A stretch of 64,000 bases of DNA from Chrysomallon squamiferum (GCA_012295275.1 CM022678.1:10416001-10480000); one strand, 5' to 3'. Shown: positions 1 through 15,200, counted from the stretch's first letter. Numbers and translations: made by a program. The notes: generated by a model not told the origin, from the letters alone.

Positions 1-293
1 TACGTTACTTTCGCAAAGGTAACTTCTTTTTTTCGCAAATTAATTACCTATTGTTTTCATGAATGAAATATATTGTACGCAACGAATTATGCGCAGATTT
101 CTCAAATTAATTACATATTATTTTCGTATTAAGTCCACCTCTTGCTTCAGCAACAAAAATAAATAAGTATGTGTATTAATCTTTGAAATTCAGAAGTAAA
201 CAAAACAGACGGTAGAAAGTTATTTTCAAGCTATACGGACACACTCTGCAGGAGAATAGTTATATCATAAATGACTCATTTATTTTCTGATTC

Positions 294-342
<49 letters not shown>

Positions 343-457
343 GAGTAATACTAATAATAATAATAGTAGTAGTAATAATAATAATAGTAGTAGTAGTAAT
401 AATAAGAAGAAGAAGAAGAAGAAAAAGAATAACAGTAGTAGTAATTCACCCACTCAC

Positions 458-671
458 TCTAAAGGAAAAATGTCTGATTTACGTTTCGCCATTAATTCGG
501 GTCTGGCAGCAGCCCAGCCAAACATCATTTTCCAGTCAAAGACGCCCACAAATATATTAGACAGGGGAGCGTCGCTCATTTTGAATGTGTTTTTGTTTAT
601 GTCTGGAATAACAGGCCAAACCACGTGATTCCAGCCTTCGCTGATACGAGCCATTAATGGTTCCAACCAAC
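458..671 (-). CDS. GALNT coding exon 5
   Basis: WLEPLMARI...VVWPVIPDI...[12 protein letters not shown]; cag acceptor, gtgagt donor. Confidence 0.9.
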
Positions 672-687
672 CTGTGGGAGGGAGAAA

Positions 688-734
<47 letters not shown>

Positions 735-1975
735 CAACAACAACAACAACAATAACAACAACAACAATAATAATAAGAACAATAATAATGATGATGATGA
801 TGATGATGATAATAATTTAATAATGATTTAACAACAATTATAATAACAATAACAATAATAATAATGATAATAATAATAATTGTAATAATGATAGTAACAA
901 CAACAACAACAATAATAATAATAACAACAACAATAAATTAAACAATAAATAATTTTAAAATAAATAACAAAATATACAGAAACAAAAACTTATTACAATA
1001 TCTTTTTTAACAGTAATTATTTAAAAAATACAAATTAAATTTACATAATTAATTATATAGTAATAATAAAATCTAGATACGTTATTGAATCTGCTGCCAC
1101 TAAAACAGCGTTAAAAGAACAATTTTATTAATTTGCTTTTCTGTATTAAAATGCTAAAAATGTCATTGCACCTGTCGATATTAAACTGACAAATTACCTT
1201 GGAATTAATCAAAACAGATGACCCTGGTTTATTTTGGTAGTGTAAAACAATACATAATTTCATGTCTAAAATAATACGAAATAATTCTCAGATTAACATT
1301 TTCACTGATAGAAAAAATGTGTGGGTGTCAAAATATAACCAGTATATATGACATTATCATACTGCACTGAACCCAGTATCAGTTCCACAACATAGAATTA
1401 ATAAAAATGCGAGGAATAATTTGTCATTATTTTACATAATAAATTTAACAAAAAAGATTGATTCCAAATAAAAAATTGCAGACGTGAAAGATTAATTCCA
1501 AATAAAAAATTGCAGACGTGAAAGATTAATTCCGAATAAAATATTTCAGGCGTGGATTTGAAGTGATCAATGAAACTTCTTTAATAAATTACCTTCGTTA
1601 CATTCACAGTGAGAATCCAAAAACGTGAGCGTCTGCCCTGTGGCAGCCTCGTACCCGTACAGACGTCCACGTATCAGTCCCTGACGTCTGTCAGTCCTGA
1701 TTATCTTTACTGGTACAGGAAGTCTGGCAACGTGATCTTCTAATGGTGCCTTTAAATATCCTGCAAACAGCAAATACTGATAATTAAAGAGCCATGAATA
1801 TTTTATACCAAAACTGATATAATAATAATAATAATAATAATAATTTTTGAAAATAATGATAAATAAAAAATCACATTTCTTCTACAAAAATAATTTACTT
1901 TTAATATAATACAGTGAATGTTTTTTTTATGAAGCTGCTCTACCATAATTACTAATAGCATAATGTCAAAATAAA

Positions 1976-2052
<77 letters not shown>

Positions 2053-2074
2053 CACACACACACATTCACACACA

Positions 2075-2112
<38 letters not shown>

Positions 2113-3853
2113 TACGAATTTCTTTTTATATGTATTTAGATCCATCGATCATAACGAGAACCAGAATAATTAAGAAATGATTTGTTTAGCTTTTACCAAA
2201 ATATGAGGCGTCGTCAACGAGGATGATTTCGTGGAGGAGATGTCTCGGTGATTTGTTGATGACGCTGTGTATCGTTCGTAACAAGGCGCTCTTAGCCTCG
2301 TTGTGAAAACATATTATTACACTGGTATTTGGAAGATGTTTGGGATATGTAATCGGCAAGCATCTGAAAAGAAAATGCATATAAAATTTTAATATATATA
2401 TATATATATACACTATTCAATATATATTGAACAATAGAATCCTATGAGGCAGATTGACTAATATTTTGTTTAATGAAGTTCTTAAAATCGAACCTTTTTG
2501 ATTATGAAGTGTAACAATTATAAAACAAGTGTATGATAAAAATTACATACATACATACATACATACATGCATACATACATACATACATACATACATACAT
2601 ACATACATACACACATGCATACATACATATATACATACACACACAAACACACACACACACATACGGCGAAGCAAAAAAAGTATATTAAACTTATCAGTCG
2701 TTATAATATTGTTTGTCATATGTCTTTGGTAATAATAATAATAATAATAATTTAACTGAAATTTCTAACTAAATTTAAATCTGAAAAATAACAAGGAATC
2801 TTACTTACCGTTTGTCTCTCATATCGACTAGAGGTCGGTCTATTGATATCATGTTGCTAACGTATTCGTTAAAGGAATGTTTTCGCCACCCTTCGTTATA
2901 TTTTTTCAGTTCTTCTTTGGACATTTTACTTCTGTCAACGGTTACAGCTTCTCCAAAGTAACCTTGAAAACCAATTTAATATAATTCCGACTATCATTTA
3001 TATTATTATTGTCTGTGATGTGACTGATTTCTTTACAATATTTTTCTTCTTATTATTTTTTCTTTCCTTCTTTTTATTATTATTATTATTATTACTATTG
3101 TTTCTTTTGAAATTTGTTTTATATGTTATTTTATTATTATTTATTAATTTATTGACATTTTTAATATTTATTTTAAAATAAAACCGGTGCTACTACCACT
3201 GCTTCTACTACTGCTACTTCTACTTATACTTCTACTGTTACTACAACTATTACTAATACTAATACTAATACTTAATAATAATAATAATAATAATTACCGA
3301 CTCGATTTTCATTTTTGGTGAAATTAACTTCATTTATGGGAATTCGTTTGTTAACACTCTTTACGTCAAAGTTGATGTTGTGTTTATCTCCCTTCTCTTC
3401 GTTCAGATCGAGGCTGTCCTTTACAAATTCGTGTTTATCTCCCTTCTCTTGGAATACGTCGAGGCTGTCCTTTTCCAGACTGAGTTTACTTCCCTTTTCT
3501 TGATTTACTCTGAGGCCGTCCATTCCTAAATTTTCGTTATCTCCTTTGTCTTGGTTTATATTCAGGCTGTCCTTTTCCAGATTTTGTAGAATGTTTGATT
3601 CGACTTCTTGCTTTTTGTTTATGTTGTCAGTAATATTTTCAGAGTCCACCTTTTCTTCGAGTTTATCAAGCACATGTATAATGTCTTCGTTAAGATTCCT
3701 GATGCCATTGAAGCGGTCGTCGATATAATCATTACTTCTCCCCAGTGTTGATCGACTGTTCTTGAAAAACAGTTGTACTCCCAGAACAAGTGTGACAAAA
3801 AGAATGAGTACCTTCAAAAATCGACTTCGCCATATTAATTTAAAACGGCGCAT
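458..3853 (-). CDS. Polypeptide N-acetylgalactosaminyltransferase (GALNT/pgant family), 5' five coding exons; gene continues beyond the left edge
   Basis: Exons 3853-3298, 2962-2809, 2363-2197, 1760-1593, 671-458 join in phase with GT-AG. Type II N-terminal TM; motifs [50 protein letters not shown] (DxH), WLEPLMARI. Paralog not assignable. Confidence 0.93.
1593..1760 (-). CDS. GALNT coding exon 4
   Basis: [19 protein letters not shown]...[13 protein letters not shown]. Confidence 0.93.
1978..2110. repeat. (CT)n/(CA)n compound microsatellite (representative of dozens of SSRs in the window)
   Basis: Direct reading; (AAT)n, (TACA)n, (GT)n and (GATA)n tracts occur in most introns. Confidence 0.95.
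2197..2363 (-). CDS. GALNT coding exon 3
   Basis: [35 protein letters not shown]...ILVDDAS. Confidence 0.93.
2809..2962 (-). CDS. GALNT coding exon 2
   Basis: GYFGEAVTV...[27 protein letters not shown]; aag acceptor, gtaagt donor. Confidence 0.9.
3298..3853 (-). CDS. GALNT coding exon 1 (cytoplasmic tail, TM anchor, stem)
   Basis: [30 protein letters not shown]..., donor G|gtaatt. Confidence 0.82.
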
Positions 3854-4390
3854 GATTCTGTTCTAAACTAAGTTGATGGAATATAATATGGATTTTTTGT
3901 TGTTGTTGTTGTTGATGATGATGTTGTTGTTGTTTTTAAGCCATCAGTCGTAAGTAATCAGAACAATTACTGAAATGTTAATACTCTGATTCATAGAAGC
4001 ACTTTGTTCGCGAACCTACTTTCATCTTGAATGTATTATTAACATTACCTTTTTCATATTATGTTGTTTCTGTTTCCTTGTTAATTAAACTGTTTTCATT
4101 TCGTCATGTGTTGTTCATATATTTGCTGCCTTTTGGGGTCTGCTTTTGTTGCTGTTCTTATTAGCTCGGCGATTTTTATTTTATATGTTTATTTACTATT
4201 ATTTTTATTTTGTTCTGTTTATTTCTATTTGTTTATTTTTTTATTTTATGCCATCCTCTTCAAACCCTGTAAGAATAATAATAATTACAATATTTGTATT
4301 ATATATGTCTCAATTGATATTATTTTACATCCAATGATGTGAGTGTTTATTTGTTCGTATGATGGGCGTGGGTTTTTATATATGTGTATA

Positions 4391-4440
<50 letters not shown>

Positions 4441-4521
4441 TATACACATATGTACTGGCGCACGCACGCACACTCAGTCACACATACACATAAACGCACA
4501 TTCGGTATAATTGCTTCTTTT

Positions 4522-4567
<46 letters not shown>

Positions 4568-4841
4568 GTTTATCAAACAAGTTTATCAATTTGAAAGAAA
4601 ATCAATGTAACAATTGCTGTTACAGGATTTCACATTTTTTAAAACACATAACTGTCACACACGTGTTTATCAAACGCACAAACCACAGCGTAAAACTCTG
4701 GTTTGCGCGTGAAATGGATCACACGGAGCACAGTAAGAATCCAATCTGATAAATATCTCTGTCCAGGAATCCAACTGTGTGATAAAATCTAACACGTATA
4801 ATATTGATAAAATGATGAAATAAATGTATCGGTCTTTGTTT

Positions 4842-4957
4842 CAATTTATGTAACATTTATGATTTCTTCCAACAAGAGGACTTAGTTATAAAGGACATAT
4901 TAAATAATAATAATTATAATAGTAATAGTAATAGTAATAATAATAATAGTAGTAGTA

Positions 4958-4990
<33 letters not shown>
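4842..4990 (+). repeat. Dispersed repeat with (TAA)n tail, copy 1 (putative retroposon 3' end)
   Basis: caatttatgtaa...gatttcttccaacaagaggacttagttataaagga followed by (taa)n; near-identical to 32552-32700. Confidence 0.6.
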
Positions 4991-4993
<3 letters not shown>

Positions 4994-5492
4994 TAAATAC
5001 ATAAAAAGTAAAAATCTGTATATATATATACTGATAATCAACAAGCCTATTAATTTAAATATTAAAAGATTCAGTTTTGTTATTGTTTTGTGTTGTTTGG
5101 GGGTTTTTTGTTGTTGTTTTTTTAACTGAAATCTCATTCAGCATTTCCTAACGTTTTAATTACTGCAGGGACAACACACATTAAATTTCTTAATTTATAC
5201 TAATTAAAAATAAGATCTCACCTCTAATTTCAGTAATCTTCTTCTCAGTCTGCCACGAATATAGTGTTCAATAACAAAATGCAACCATATACTAACAGCT
5301 GTCACGGCGTATAAAGACATTTTGTTCGATACCTCTCTATAAATAAAACTTGGCCAGCCAACAAGCACTTAGAAAGCTGTTTCTTCATTGTCTGTATTTC
5401 AAAGTTTATCAAACGAGAGAAAAGTGGGAGCGCGAAATATGGCGAATAACAGGATTTTCAACCGGAAATTGGAGGAAAACAATACAGAAAAT

Positions 5493-5523
<31 letters not shown>

Positions 5524-6617
5524 AAATAAAGTACTTGGCTAAAAAGTCAAGTGGTACATTGTTTAAATGACAAATGCGTTATAGAAAGATCTGTTACTAA
5601 TGTTTTAAATACTTTAGTAACGAAACTGAAAAGAAGTGCTCTTTGATGTATCTATTTTCTAGTAACGCTGAACGGACTCATTAAATTCAGTTATTCGCAA
5701 CCTTTTATCAGAAACCTTTTATCTCCGCTTCTATTTGTTGATTGACAAGTTTGAAACCGGCAATATATATATACCGGAATTTTATGAATCTCATTTAACA
5801 CACACACACAGACACACACATATATACATACAAACACACACAGACACACACACAATTATATGTATATAAAACTATTTTGAAATAAATCCTGTACCATTTA
5901 ATTTTTTAATTATATTATTTAGTAAATAATATTAATTAGCTATTTCTGTATTCTTTTCAGTAGGACATAATTCATAATCACATGATCGTATGCAAACGTT
6001 TTTAGCGTGAGGTAAAGAGTTGAAATTCATTTCCAAGGAATAAAACTTTGCCGCTTAAATAATAATAATAATAATAATAATCATAATAATCATAATAAAC
6101 TTCCTACAGATCTATATTTTGAGTGGTAATTATATAATTTATCATTGAATTATTCATAAATGAAATATAATTATTTATAATATTATAACTTTGTTTTCAT
6201 TTTTATTATTTATTTATTTATTTATTTATTTATTATTATTATAGCATAACTCCAGTATAATGATAATAGTAATTAATAATAATAAATAGAAATACGCTAA
6301 CATCTGAATCCAAACATTAATTCTTATAGCTTATAAATGTTACCTTATAACATCATACTATTATTTTAACAATTATCTTGATGCAGGTTTCTCCATTATA
6401 ATATTTAAATATTATTATTCAATCGGTTTTGATGTTTTTATTAATTATGTATTACTAAATTAATTTTGTTATTTTTGTTTACACGTCTATAAAACGTCTG
6501 CAGACGATTTTTTTGTTTTAGAGTTATCGTTCCTGTGGCACTTTTAATGAAAGTATTTTATATTTTGTTTCGTATGAATTATTCTTAAATTCGGCCGATT
6601 TCGAAAGGATTTACAAA

Positions 6618-6649
<32 letters not shown>

Positions 6650-7418
6650 AATAATAAAATTTAAAAAAAATTTGCTTGGTTAAGCCAAAGACCTGTTACT
6701 AAATCAAAAGAAATATCTAACGATTAGCTACAGCGAGCTTCCTTCCATTACATATATTACGTTTATTAGCAGGTTACAAAAATCTAACAAATTAACGACT
6801 TTTGTTCTGTTTAGTTTTTAGCTGGGTGTTTGTTTGCGGTGGGGGGAATATATTTATTTTATTTTTAATATATTTTTTATTTCATTACTTCTTTATTTTC
6901 TTTATTATTTTCTTTTCTGTGGCGTCGTATCGGCGTCAGTTAGTTGCTTTTATTATGTAAGATTATCTATAACATGGATGTAAGGTTATAAAGACACGGG
7001 TTTATTTCGTGCATGCCATAGGCGCTATTTTACGAAGATTTTCGGATAGTCTTTGCAAATAATATATGAACACATATGAGTAATGCAGATTCTTATTTTT
7101 TTTTTTTTTTTTTCTTTTTTTTTCAAAATGTGAATGACATTGTGATATGAAAAAGTAATAAAAATAAAACAATAAAAAAGTAATCTATAATCAAAGATTT
7201 GAAGAATGACACTTATGAGTAAATTATTAAAATATTTATCGATAAATAAATTAAACAAGAAAAAATACTTGATACTTCACGATTAAAATAATATTTATTT
7301 CTCTTTACATATGTATATTTTACAATTAATTTTTAAAAATAAAATAATTTTTGTTAGGGTATATGAAATATTGTTCCCTTATTTGTGTGCATAATAAGGA
7401 TCAATGATGCGGCGAACG

Positions 7419-7481
<63 letters not shown>

Positions 7482-7914
7482 TCATTTTTATACATATTGA
7501 AAACATTTTTATAGAATTAAATATTTGTATGATCTTGTAGCATCATAAAATTTTGAATTCGTTTCGTTATGATACAGTTTTTTTTAATTATCAGCGAAGG
7601 TATGTCGACAAAAATAAATGACATATTAGTCCGAAAAACAAAAACAAAAAAATACCTATAGTGTCATAACGTTTGGACTAAGAGAATAAAATCCAAGGTG
7701 GCTAAGGCGTGAATTTCAAGAGAAATATATTTAGTTTATAATACCCAGAACTTGTTTTATTAGACACATATATAAATACATTTCTTGGTTCTCATCAGCA
7801 GACAAAAGGTTATGAACGCCTGGTGGATTTTACAGTATAAAAACCAGAACAAAGAGAGTTTCAACTAAAATGTCAGTAAACGTTACGGACAGATTTAATA
7901 AAGAAAAGAACAAA

Positions 7915-7926
7915 ATGGCAGCCAAG
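7915..7926 (+). CDS. PHF20: PHF20-like putative first coding micro-exon (MAAK)
   Basis: aaaATGGCAGCCAAG|gtaagc, phase 0 matches the next exon. Confidence 0.65.
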
Positions 7927-10900
7927 GTAAGCGCCTGTGGAAATAAGTAATAAAATAATAAAGTAAATGCATCAGATATATACTGCTAAATGAAATTTGT
8001 AATTGCCTATAATTCTCCAATGAATTTAACATGAATCTGCTATAAAAGTAAAATGTTGTCAATTACGTGTGTGAATATTTCCGTACAGATACGCATGTTG
8101 TTTACAACTTCCGGTATCAGGACCGAGAATGTTGCAAAATTAAAATACAAAATTAATTTCTTTTCAGTCACTTTCGTATTTTATAATTGTTTTATTATTT
8201 TTTTACTTACTTTTATTTTTTATTTTTTGGTTTACTCTATATATCGAAGATTGAGGATAAATAATTACAATGCAGATTTGATTCCAAAACGAACTGTGGG
8301 CAGTGGTGAGTGGCCAGTCAAGTGTAACTTGAATCTGTCACTCTGTCAGTACTTGGGGAGAAAACTTCAGAATTTTATTGAAAATACCAAAATGAATCAA
8401 AGTAAAAAGCAACTTAAATCAAAACTAATTAAATTCATGACTGTATGTTTCCAGTTTGTTTATTAAATTATTATATTGTTTATTCCGTTTGTATATTTCC
8501 ATGATTCCAGTAGACGATGATGGTGTGTCTTGTCTTAAACAGAAAAAATGTACATGCAGTCTCTTGTATTTTCATTTATTTTACCTGCTGATACATCAGT
8601 ATTAGTTTAAACAAATCCTTATAAATACGTGACTATTAGATACAAATATAAACAATTATTTATTTAATATTCAAAGCAACACTAGTTATTTATAAAGGTT
8701 TATTTATTTAAATTTGTATTAATAAATATTTTTATTCTCTGATTACAGCAGCTCAATAAAATAATTTTATATACAAGTATATATAAAGTATTAGCACTTT
8801 TTATTCATAATGAAAAACAAAGTATTTATAAAAACTATTTTTTAATCTTTTATTCATATATTATTAAGTATATCAGCACTTTTTTCCAACCAAAAATTAA
8901 GTTAATTTATATATTTCCATTATTTATTGTTCATGGTATTGAGATTTAAAGTTAAGCTATATATTTTAAACTGAAAAGACTGTCTATATGATTCTGTGTT
9001 TTGTGGTGTGTGGGTTGTATATATATATATATGTGTTCATGTGTGGACACACACTTAGATACATGCACAATATATAATTTGTTCCAGAATAACAGTGATG
9101 ATGCAACAAGCAGTAGTCATGCATCAAATTCAAGCCAGGAAACAGGCATCTCTAGCTGCACACAAACTGATGTAGCCATGGATACAGACAGCAACATTTC
9201 CAGTGAAATGACACAGGTAAGACTTTTACTAATTGTGAGGGCTTGAAATTCATTTAACAGCATAAATGCAGTCACTAAAATCACAAAAGTCATAAAAACA
9301 TAAGACATTATCATGTTTAAAAGAAATCCTTATTAGTACAAGATTAAAAAGAATGTGGAATACTGGTACTACAATGTATTCTGATATTTATAACAGATTG
9401 TTTATATAATGATACTAGTCAAAATAATATGGTTCATGCTACTTTATCCTGTTCCCCTTCCAATACATGTATACATAGGCACTCGCAAACACACACACAC
9501 ACATACAACACTCATAAACAAACACAAACACTGTGTCTGTAATATATATATATATATATATATACACATACGTACACACATAGATAATACATACATAAAT
9601 ACTGCTGGTAGAAATTAAACCTATTTTATAATTCATATTATATTATATTGAAATCATTTTTTAGTCAGGAGATTTAGATGCAAGCTTTGCTTCATGTGTC
9701 AGTGATGCCAGCACTATCAACACCAGTACAGGAAGTTCAGCCAATGCAGGAACATCAAAACACAAATGTCATCAGCGACCAGGCATTCAGTGGAAAAAAG
9801 GAGAGAAAATTGAAGCTATGGACTCATTCCAAATATGGTAAATTATTATTTCTTTTCTGAGGGTTTATACATTCAATTTATATGCAAAATAACAATGTGT
9901 TCCCCCCAAAAAATTAAACAAAATTATAAATAATAGGTGGGTTGAGGAATAAGTCACTGCAGTTCATAGTTGATTCAGATTTATTTCAGAGGCATTGAAA
10001 AACTTGTTGACTGTTGGGAAGAAGTGGTAAATAACAATGAAGAATACATTATTGATTAAATTACATTTTGTTGTCAATTAAGCTTCAGTTTTCCTCGGCA
10101 TAATGATTAAATTTAATTATTCCTCAACCCAGTATGTACATATGTAATACATATATCAGTTTTGAAGTGAAGTATTTTTAAATCTGCATCAAGTCTTTAT
10201 TGCTGTGGGGTTTTTTGTTTATTGGCTTTTTTTCATTATTTCAAACTGTTTATGATAATAAAATGTTTAAAATTTCTGGTTTTAATTAAATTTAATGCAA
10301 TTTAAAAAATAAATATGTTCAGTTTAAATTATTTTCTATTGCAGGTATGCTGCTAAGTTTGCTGATATAGATTTTGAGGAGAAACTGGTTCTGATTCACT
10401 TTGAGGGTTGGAACCAGCGATATGACGAGTGGGTCCCATTTAACAGCGACAGACTGCGGCCAATAACACGACACTCTGAAAGAAAGGAGGGGAAGAGAAA
10501 ACAGAAACGTGATGTGTGTAGCAGACATGTTACTCAAGTGTTCTTTCAATTACACATGAAAGATAGTCTTATACTTTATGATCTTATTTGTTCTTGTTCA
10601 ACTTAATGTGATTTTTATCTTAGCCAAAATATATATTTTTTCATATTTATGATTTTATTTGTTTATTGTTCAGTTTAATGGGTATGTGTGATTTTTATCT
10701 TTTATGAAAAACTAGCCGAAATATATTTTTTATATACACTATTTTATTTATTACTTGTTTGACTTAATAAGTTCCTGTGATTTTTGTTTTTAATGAAAAA
10801 TGGACAAAATATATTTTTTATCGTTCCTTGTTACTTTCTTAATATTTAGAGCTGTTTGGAACAAATGTCAAAATACATTATATGCTGACAAGTGATATTT

Positions 10901-12096
10901 TTTTCACTTTTGTCACAATGAAAAAGGAGTAATATTAAGAAATAGCATAAATACATTTATATATTACCAAATTATTGTTTAACATTTTTCATTTTACACA
11001 TTTCTTGGAAATAAATAACCAAGCTGATTTAGTATATTTTAAATGATAATTACTATGTAAATTTTAAATTATCATAATTTTAAATGATAAAAATCATTTT
11101 AATACTGTTAGAGATTAGCAAATTGTATGTGCTAAACAATTTTTTTCTCAAGCTAAGTAATTATAAAGATATATCAAGACTTAATTTTCTTCTCTGAAAA
11201 ACTAATTTAGACAATAATTGTTTTAGAAATTTTTGGTCATACCATCAACAGAACAAATGCTGATACATTTATTCAGTTATTTGTTTATTTCGTTTATATA
11301 TACAGCACAGACCTGGTGAACTAGTGTTGGCCAAATGGACAGATTGTAAAATGTATCCTGCTAAAATTACTGATGTGAGGCCAGATGGTATGTTTTTTAT
11401 CATTTAGATTTGTCCTGAAATTTATTTAAAATTTAAAATACATATTTAAACTACTTTCTGTATTACTCTTTTTCTTTTTAAGATAGTTTATTTTATTTTT
11501 TTTAATTTAAAAAAAAAAAAAAAAAAATTGTTTTGTTTTTAGTTGACTATTTTTTATATTTTTAATTTTATTTTTATGAGATTATTTTTTATTTTTTTGT
11601 TATTGTTGTTGAAAATAGAATTTTTTTTTTTAATTGACCAATTTCTCTGAGATTTTTTTTTATATATATATATAAGATTATCCTGTTTTATTTTATTTTA
11701 ATTTTTAATCTTCTTTTTTTTAATTTGTTTCTTATATATATATTTTTTAGTTTATTTTTGAAAATGTGTTTGGTTTTTTAACTGTCAGTTTCATTTTATT
11801 TGATTGTTGTTTGATTTGTATGTTAAAACAGATATTTGGTTATTTGTTCTAGGTTCCCTTGAGGTAATGTTTTATGATGGTTTCAAGAGAATTGTCCAGC
11901 CCATCAATGTACGCCCCATTCCACCTGAGTACAAACAGACTGTCAAGTCAGAACTTAGAAAACTGGTAATTTTATATCTCTTTATTCTTAAAAACATTTT
12001 TATTATTATTATTGTTATGATTATTATTATTGTTCTTATTGTTATTGTTATTAATATTATGATTCTATTCAATTTTTATTTCATTTATTTTTTTGT

Positions 12097-12127
<31 letters not shown>

Positions 12128-12189
12128 CTATTCCATTCTATTCTATTTTTGATATTATTTATTATTTTATTTATTATTATTTTTGTATT

Positions 12190-12237
<48 letters not shown>

Positions 12238-15200
12238 TTATTGTTTTATTTGTACTTAATATTATTTAATTGATACAGAAGTTGTGGTTGAGTTGTTAGC
12301 TCACTGTTAAAATGCAATGGATTGACGAATAATTCTCATTAGAACACATCTGTTTATCTCTGTTTCCAAGCAAAGCATCTTGTCCTTTCTGAGAATAGTA
12401 AAATAACCATTGCAGAGTTAACTACATGTTACCTTTCTTATAACTATAAAACACAAAGAATATAGTCATTAATAAATAAATACTATTAGACAATAACAAT
12501 TTGTCATTAAGACAGCTGCAGAATTTATAAACAATATTACTTTTAAAGTTAAAATTATTCTGAAGATTAAATGTTTGTCGATATGACAGCTGAAGGATAT
12601 TTTTTGGATCATACGAGGTTTTTATAAATTGTTGATGAGTCTTTGTTAATTACAGAAGTTAATTTTATTTACAGTATTAGTCTTTTAATGATACTTTTAA
12701 AACTAGTAACTGCTAATTCTGAATTAAATATTATATTTTAACAATTTACAGGAACACAAAGGTGCCACAACCAGTCACAATGAAAGTGAAAGTAAGTTTA
12801 GAGAGATTTTTATAATTATATTACAAATAAATGTGAAAAATATTTTGTAAGCTAGTGAAAAATGTTAAATTATTTTTTGATTTTTCCATTAAGTGCAATT
12901 ATTCTAATAAATGCAAGAAATATTTTAAATGTTAGTGAAAAGATTTATTTTTATTTGTTTATAATAACAACTAAGATTAAGTGAGGTTAGTATAAAAGAA
13001 ATGTGTTAATGATTAATGAAAATATGTTTTAACAGTTTAGGTTACAATACAATTACTCTAATAAATGTAAAAAAACATTAAAAGATCAATTTAATTGTTT
13101 ACCTGACAGTCAAATAAAGGAGAGAGATATGCAATGTTTCTAGAAAGTTAGTTAAAATGTTTTTAGCTGTTTAAAATAACATCATAAATTGAACATGCTT
13201 TCATTTTTATTTAAAGAGCATTTTAAAATGATGATATTGCAGTTAAATTTTATTTGTGGAATGTAAGATATATTTAAATTTTTGAAGGTATTATTATTCA
13301 TTCAGTGAACTAGAATATTTTTTAATTTTGTCCAAATTAATTCTCTTCTTAATCATGTTTATTAGTGATGTCTGTTAATATATTTTATAGTCAGAAAATA
13401 AAATTGTTTTACACTGATATTGTGCAGCATAATTAAATGAAATTAACTTTTTATCTTTTCTATCTTTATTAGGTCTTGTGTATGTTAATAAGTATACCAA
13501 ACTTACTGAATAATAAACCTATTTCAAACAACTCTTCATTAATTAAGACAAAACATATTCTGATTTCATTTCTTATATTTCTATGGATTTATAATAAGAA
13601 AAATAGTATTTTTCACCATCAGTAAGATTTAATTATTTCTAAAATTAGTAATTATGTTTTAGTACCTCTATCACATTTATGATGTTACTCTGGGTTTTAA
13701 AATTATATTTAAAAAGATTTTGATGATTTTTTGTTTTTCTCTCAAACAGAAAAACACCACAGAGCTGAGCACAGATCCAGATCAAGCAGTCAAGAAGGGA
13801 AGGAAGAAACAGGTAAGTTTATATAAATATTAAAATAATTTATATACACTGTCTAGCTGAGTGATGATGTATCATAGCAGACAGCGTTTTGTTTTCATTC
13901 AGCTTGGGTTTCGTTTAGTGATAATCTTTAAGAGATCCTTAGCATTTATGTGGTTTTTTCATTTTTATAATAATAAAGTTAGTGTCATAAGTACTGAACC
14001 TGCAAAATGATACTCATGAAAAATAACACAATTCCTTCAATCTTATTAAAGGTATCTCTTGGGTGTCATAATGTTCAAGAATATCTTTTAATTTTTTTTG
14101 TTTGACCTCCTCTTTAACAATTAAAAGCCAGTATTTGTAGAAGGATGAAGGGGCCAGTTTAATCCATCCTAATATATTTTTAATTTAACTTCACAACATA
14201 AATTACTTGTTAAAATTATACCCACAATTATATAACTTTAATATAATTAGTTTCTTATAATTCACTAGTATATGATGATTATAATCTTTATATTTTGTTA
14301 CTGTACTATTTATTTTTTCTTTTAAATATATATATATATCTTTTCTTCTTCTTCTTCTTCTTCACAGTTCCTGTTTCTATGCCCAAATTAAAAGAGCACA
14401 AAAGCAGTTAAAAAAATGATTAAATATAATTACTTTATGTTATAAATCACCAGATTATCTCCTTCTTTTTTTGTTTTTTTTGTTTAACTGTACTATATTT
14501 TATATCTATATTTTTTTCTTCTCAGTTCCTGTTCCAGTACCCAAACCAAAAGAGAACAAAACAGTGAAAAAACGACCCTCAGCTTTGAAAATGTTGAAGA
14601 AACGATCACTGACTATGACAAAAACCTTGGCTTCGAAGAGGACAGCTGGCAGAAAACGAGTCTTCAAGGAGATGAAGAAGGCAGAAAAGAGAAGAAAAGC
14701 TCCACCACAGTTAATACCTAAGGTAATTTTATTACAGTCTCAGAGGAAAGATGTAGCATTGCAGTCAGGTATGAAAGATCTCTTCTTCGATTATTCTGTT
14801 ATTTACTATTCCAGTTTATGATTCAGTTCATCTCTGAATGATTTATCATAAGCTGCAGTTTGTTTTTCTCCTTTCTGTTTCAAACTAAATTTTAAAAATA
14901 TACTCTCATGTTTGTAATTGATAATCAAAGATTTTTTGCTTTTGCAGATTCTTTTTCTTGTTTTTTTAATTCAAATTTAAAGCATGCATGCATGCAGAAA
15001 CACTACATACACACATGCAAGAACATGCACATAATAAATCATTAAAGTAAAACTAAAATAAAACTTTTTTTTGTTGTTGTTGTTGTTAATTTATTAATAC
15101 AAGTAAAATGATGTCTTCCCTGTACATTAACTATATTGGTTATATAAACTGACATATCTATGCTACTGTACTCACAAAGTAATTTCACAATCAGAGAACT

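Noticed and set aside
5221-5340. Possible non-coding first exon of GALNT (minus-strand donor gag|gtgaga near 5221)
   Set aside because: Plausible but rests on one splice-like motif; needs transcript evidence.
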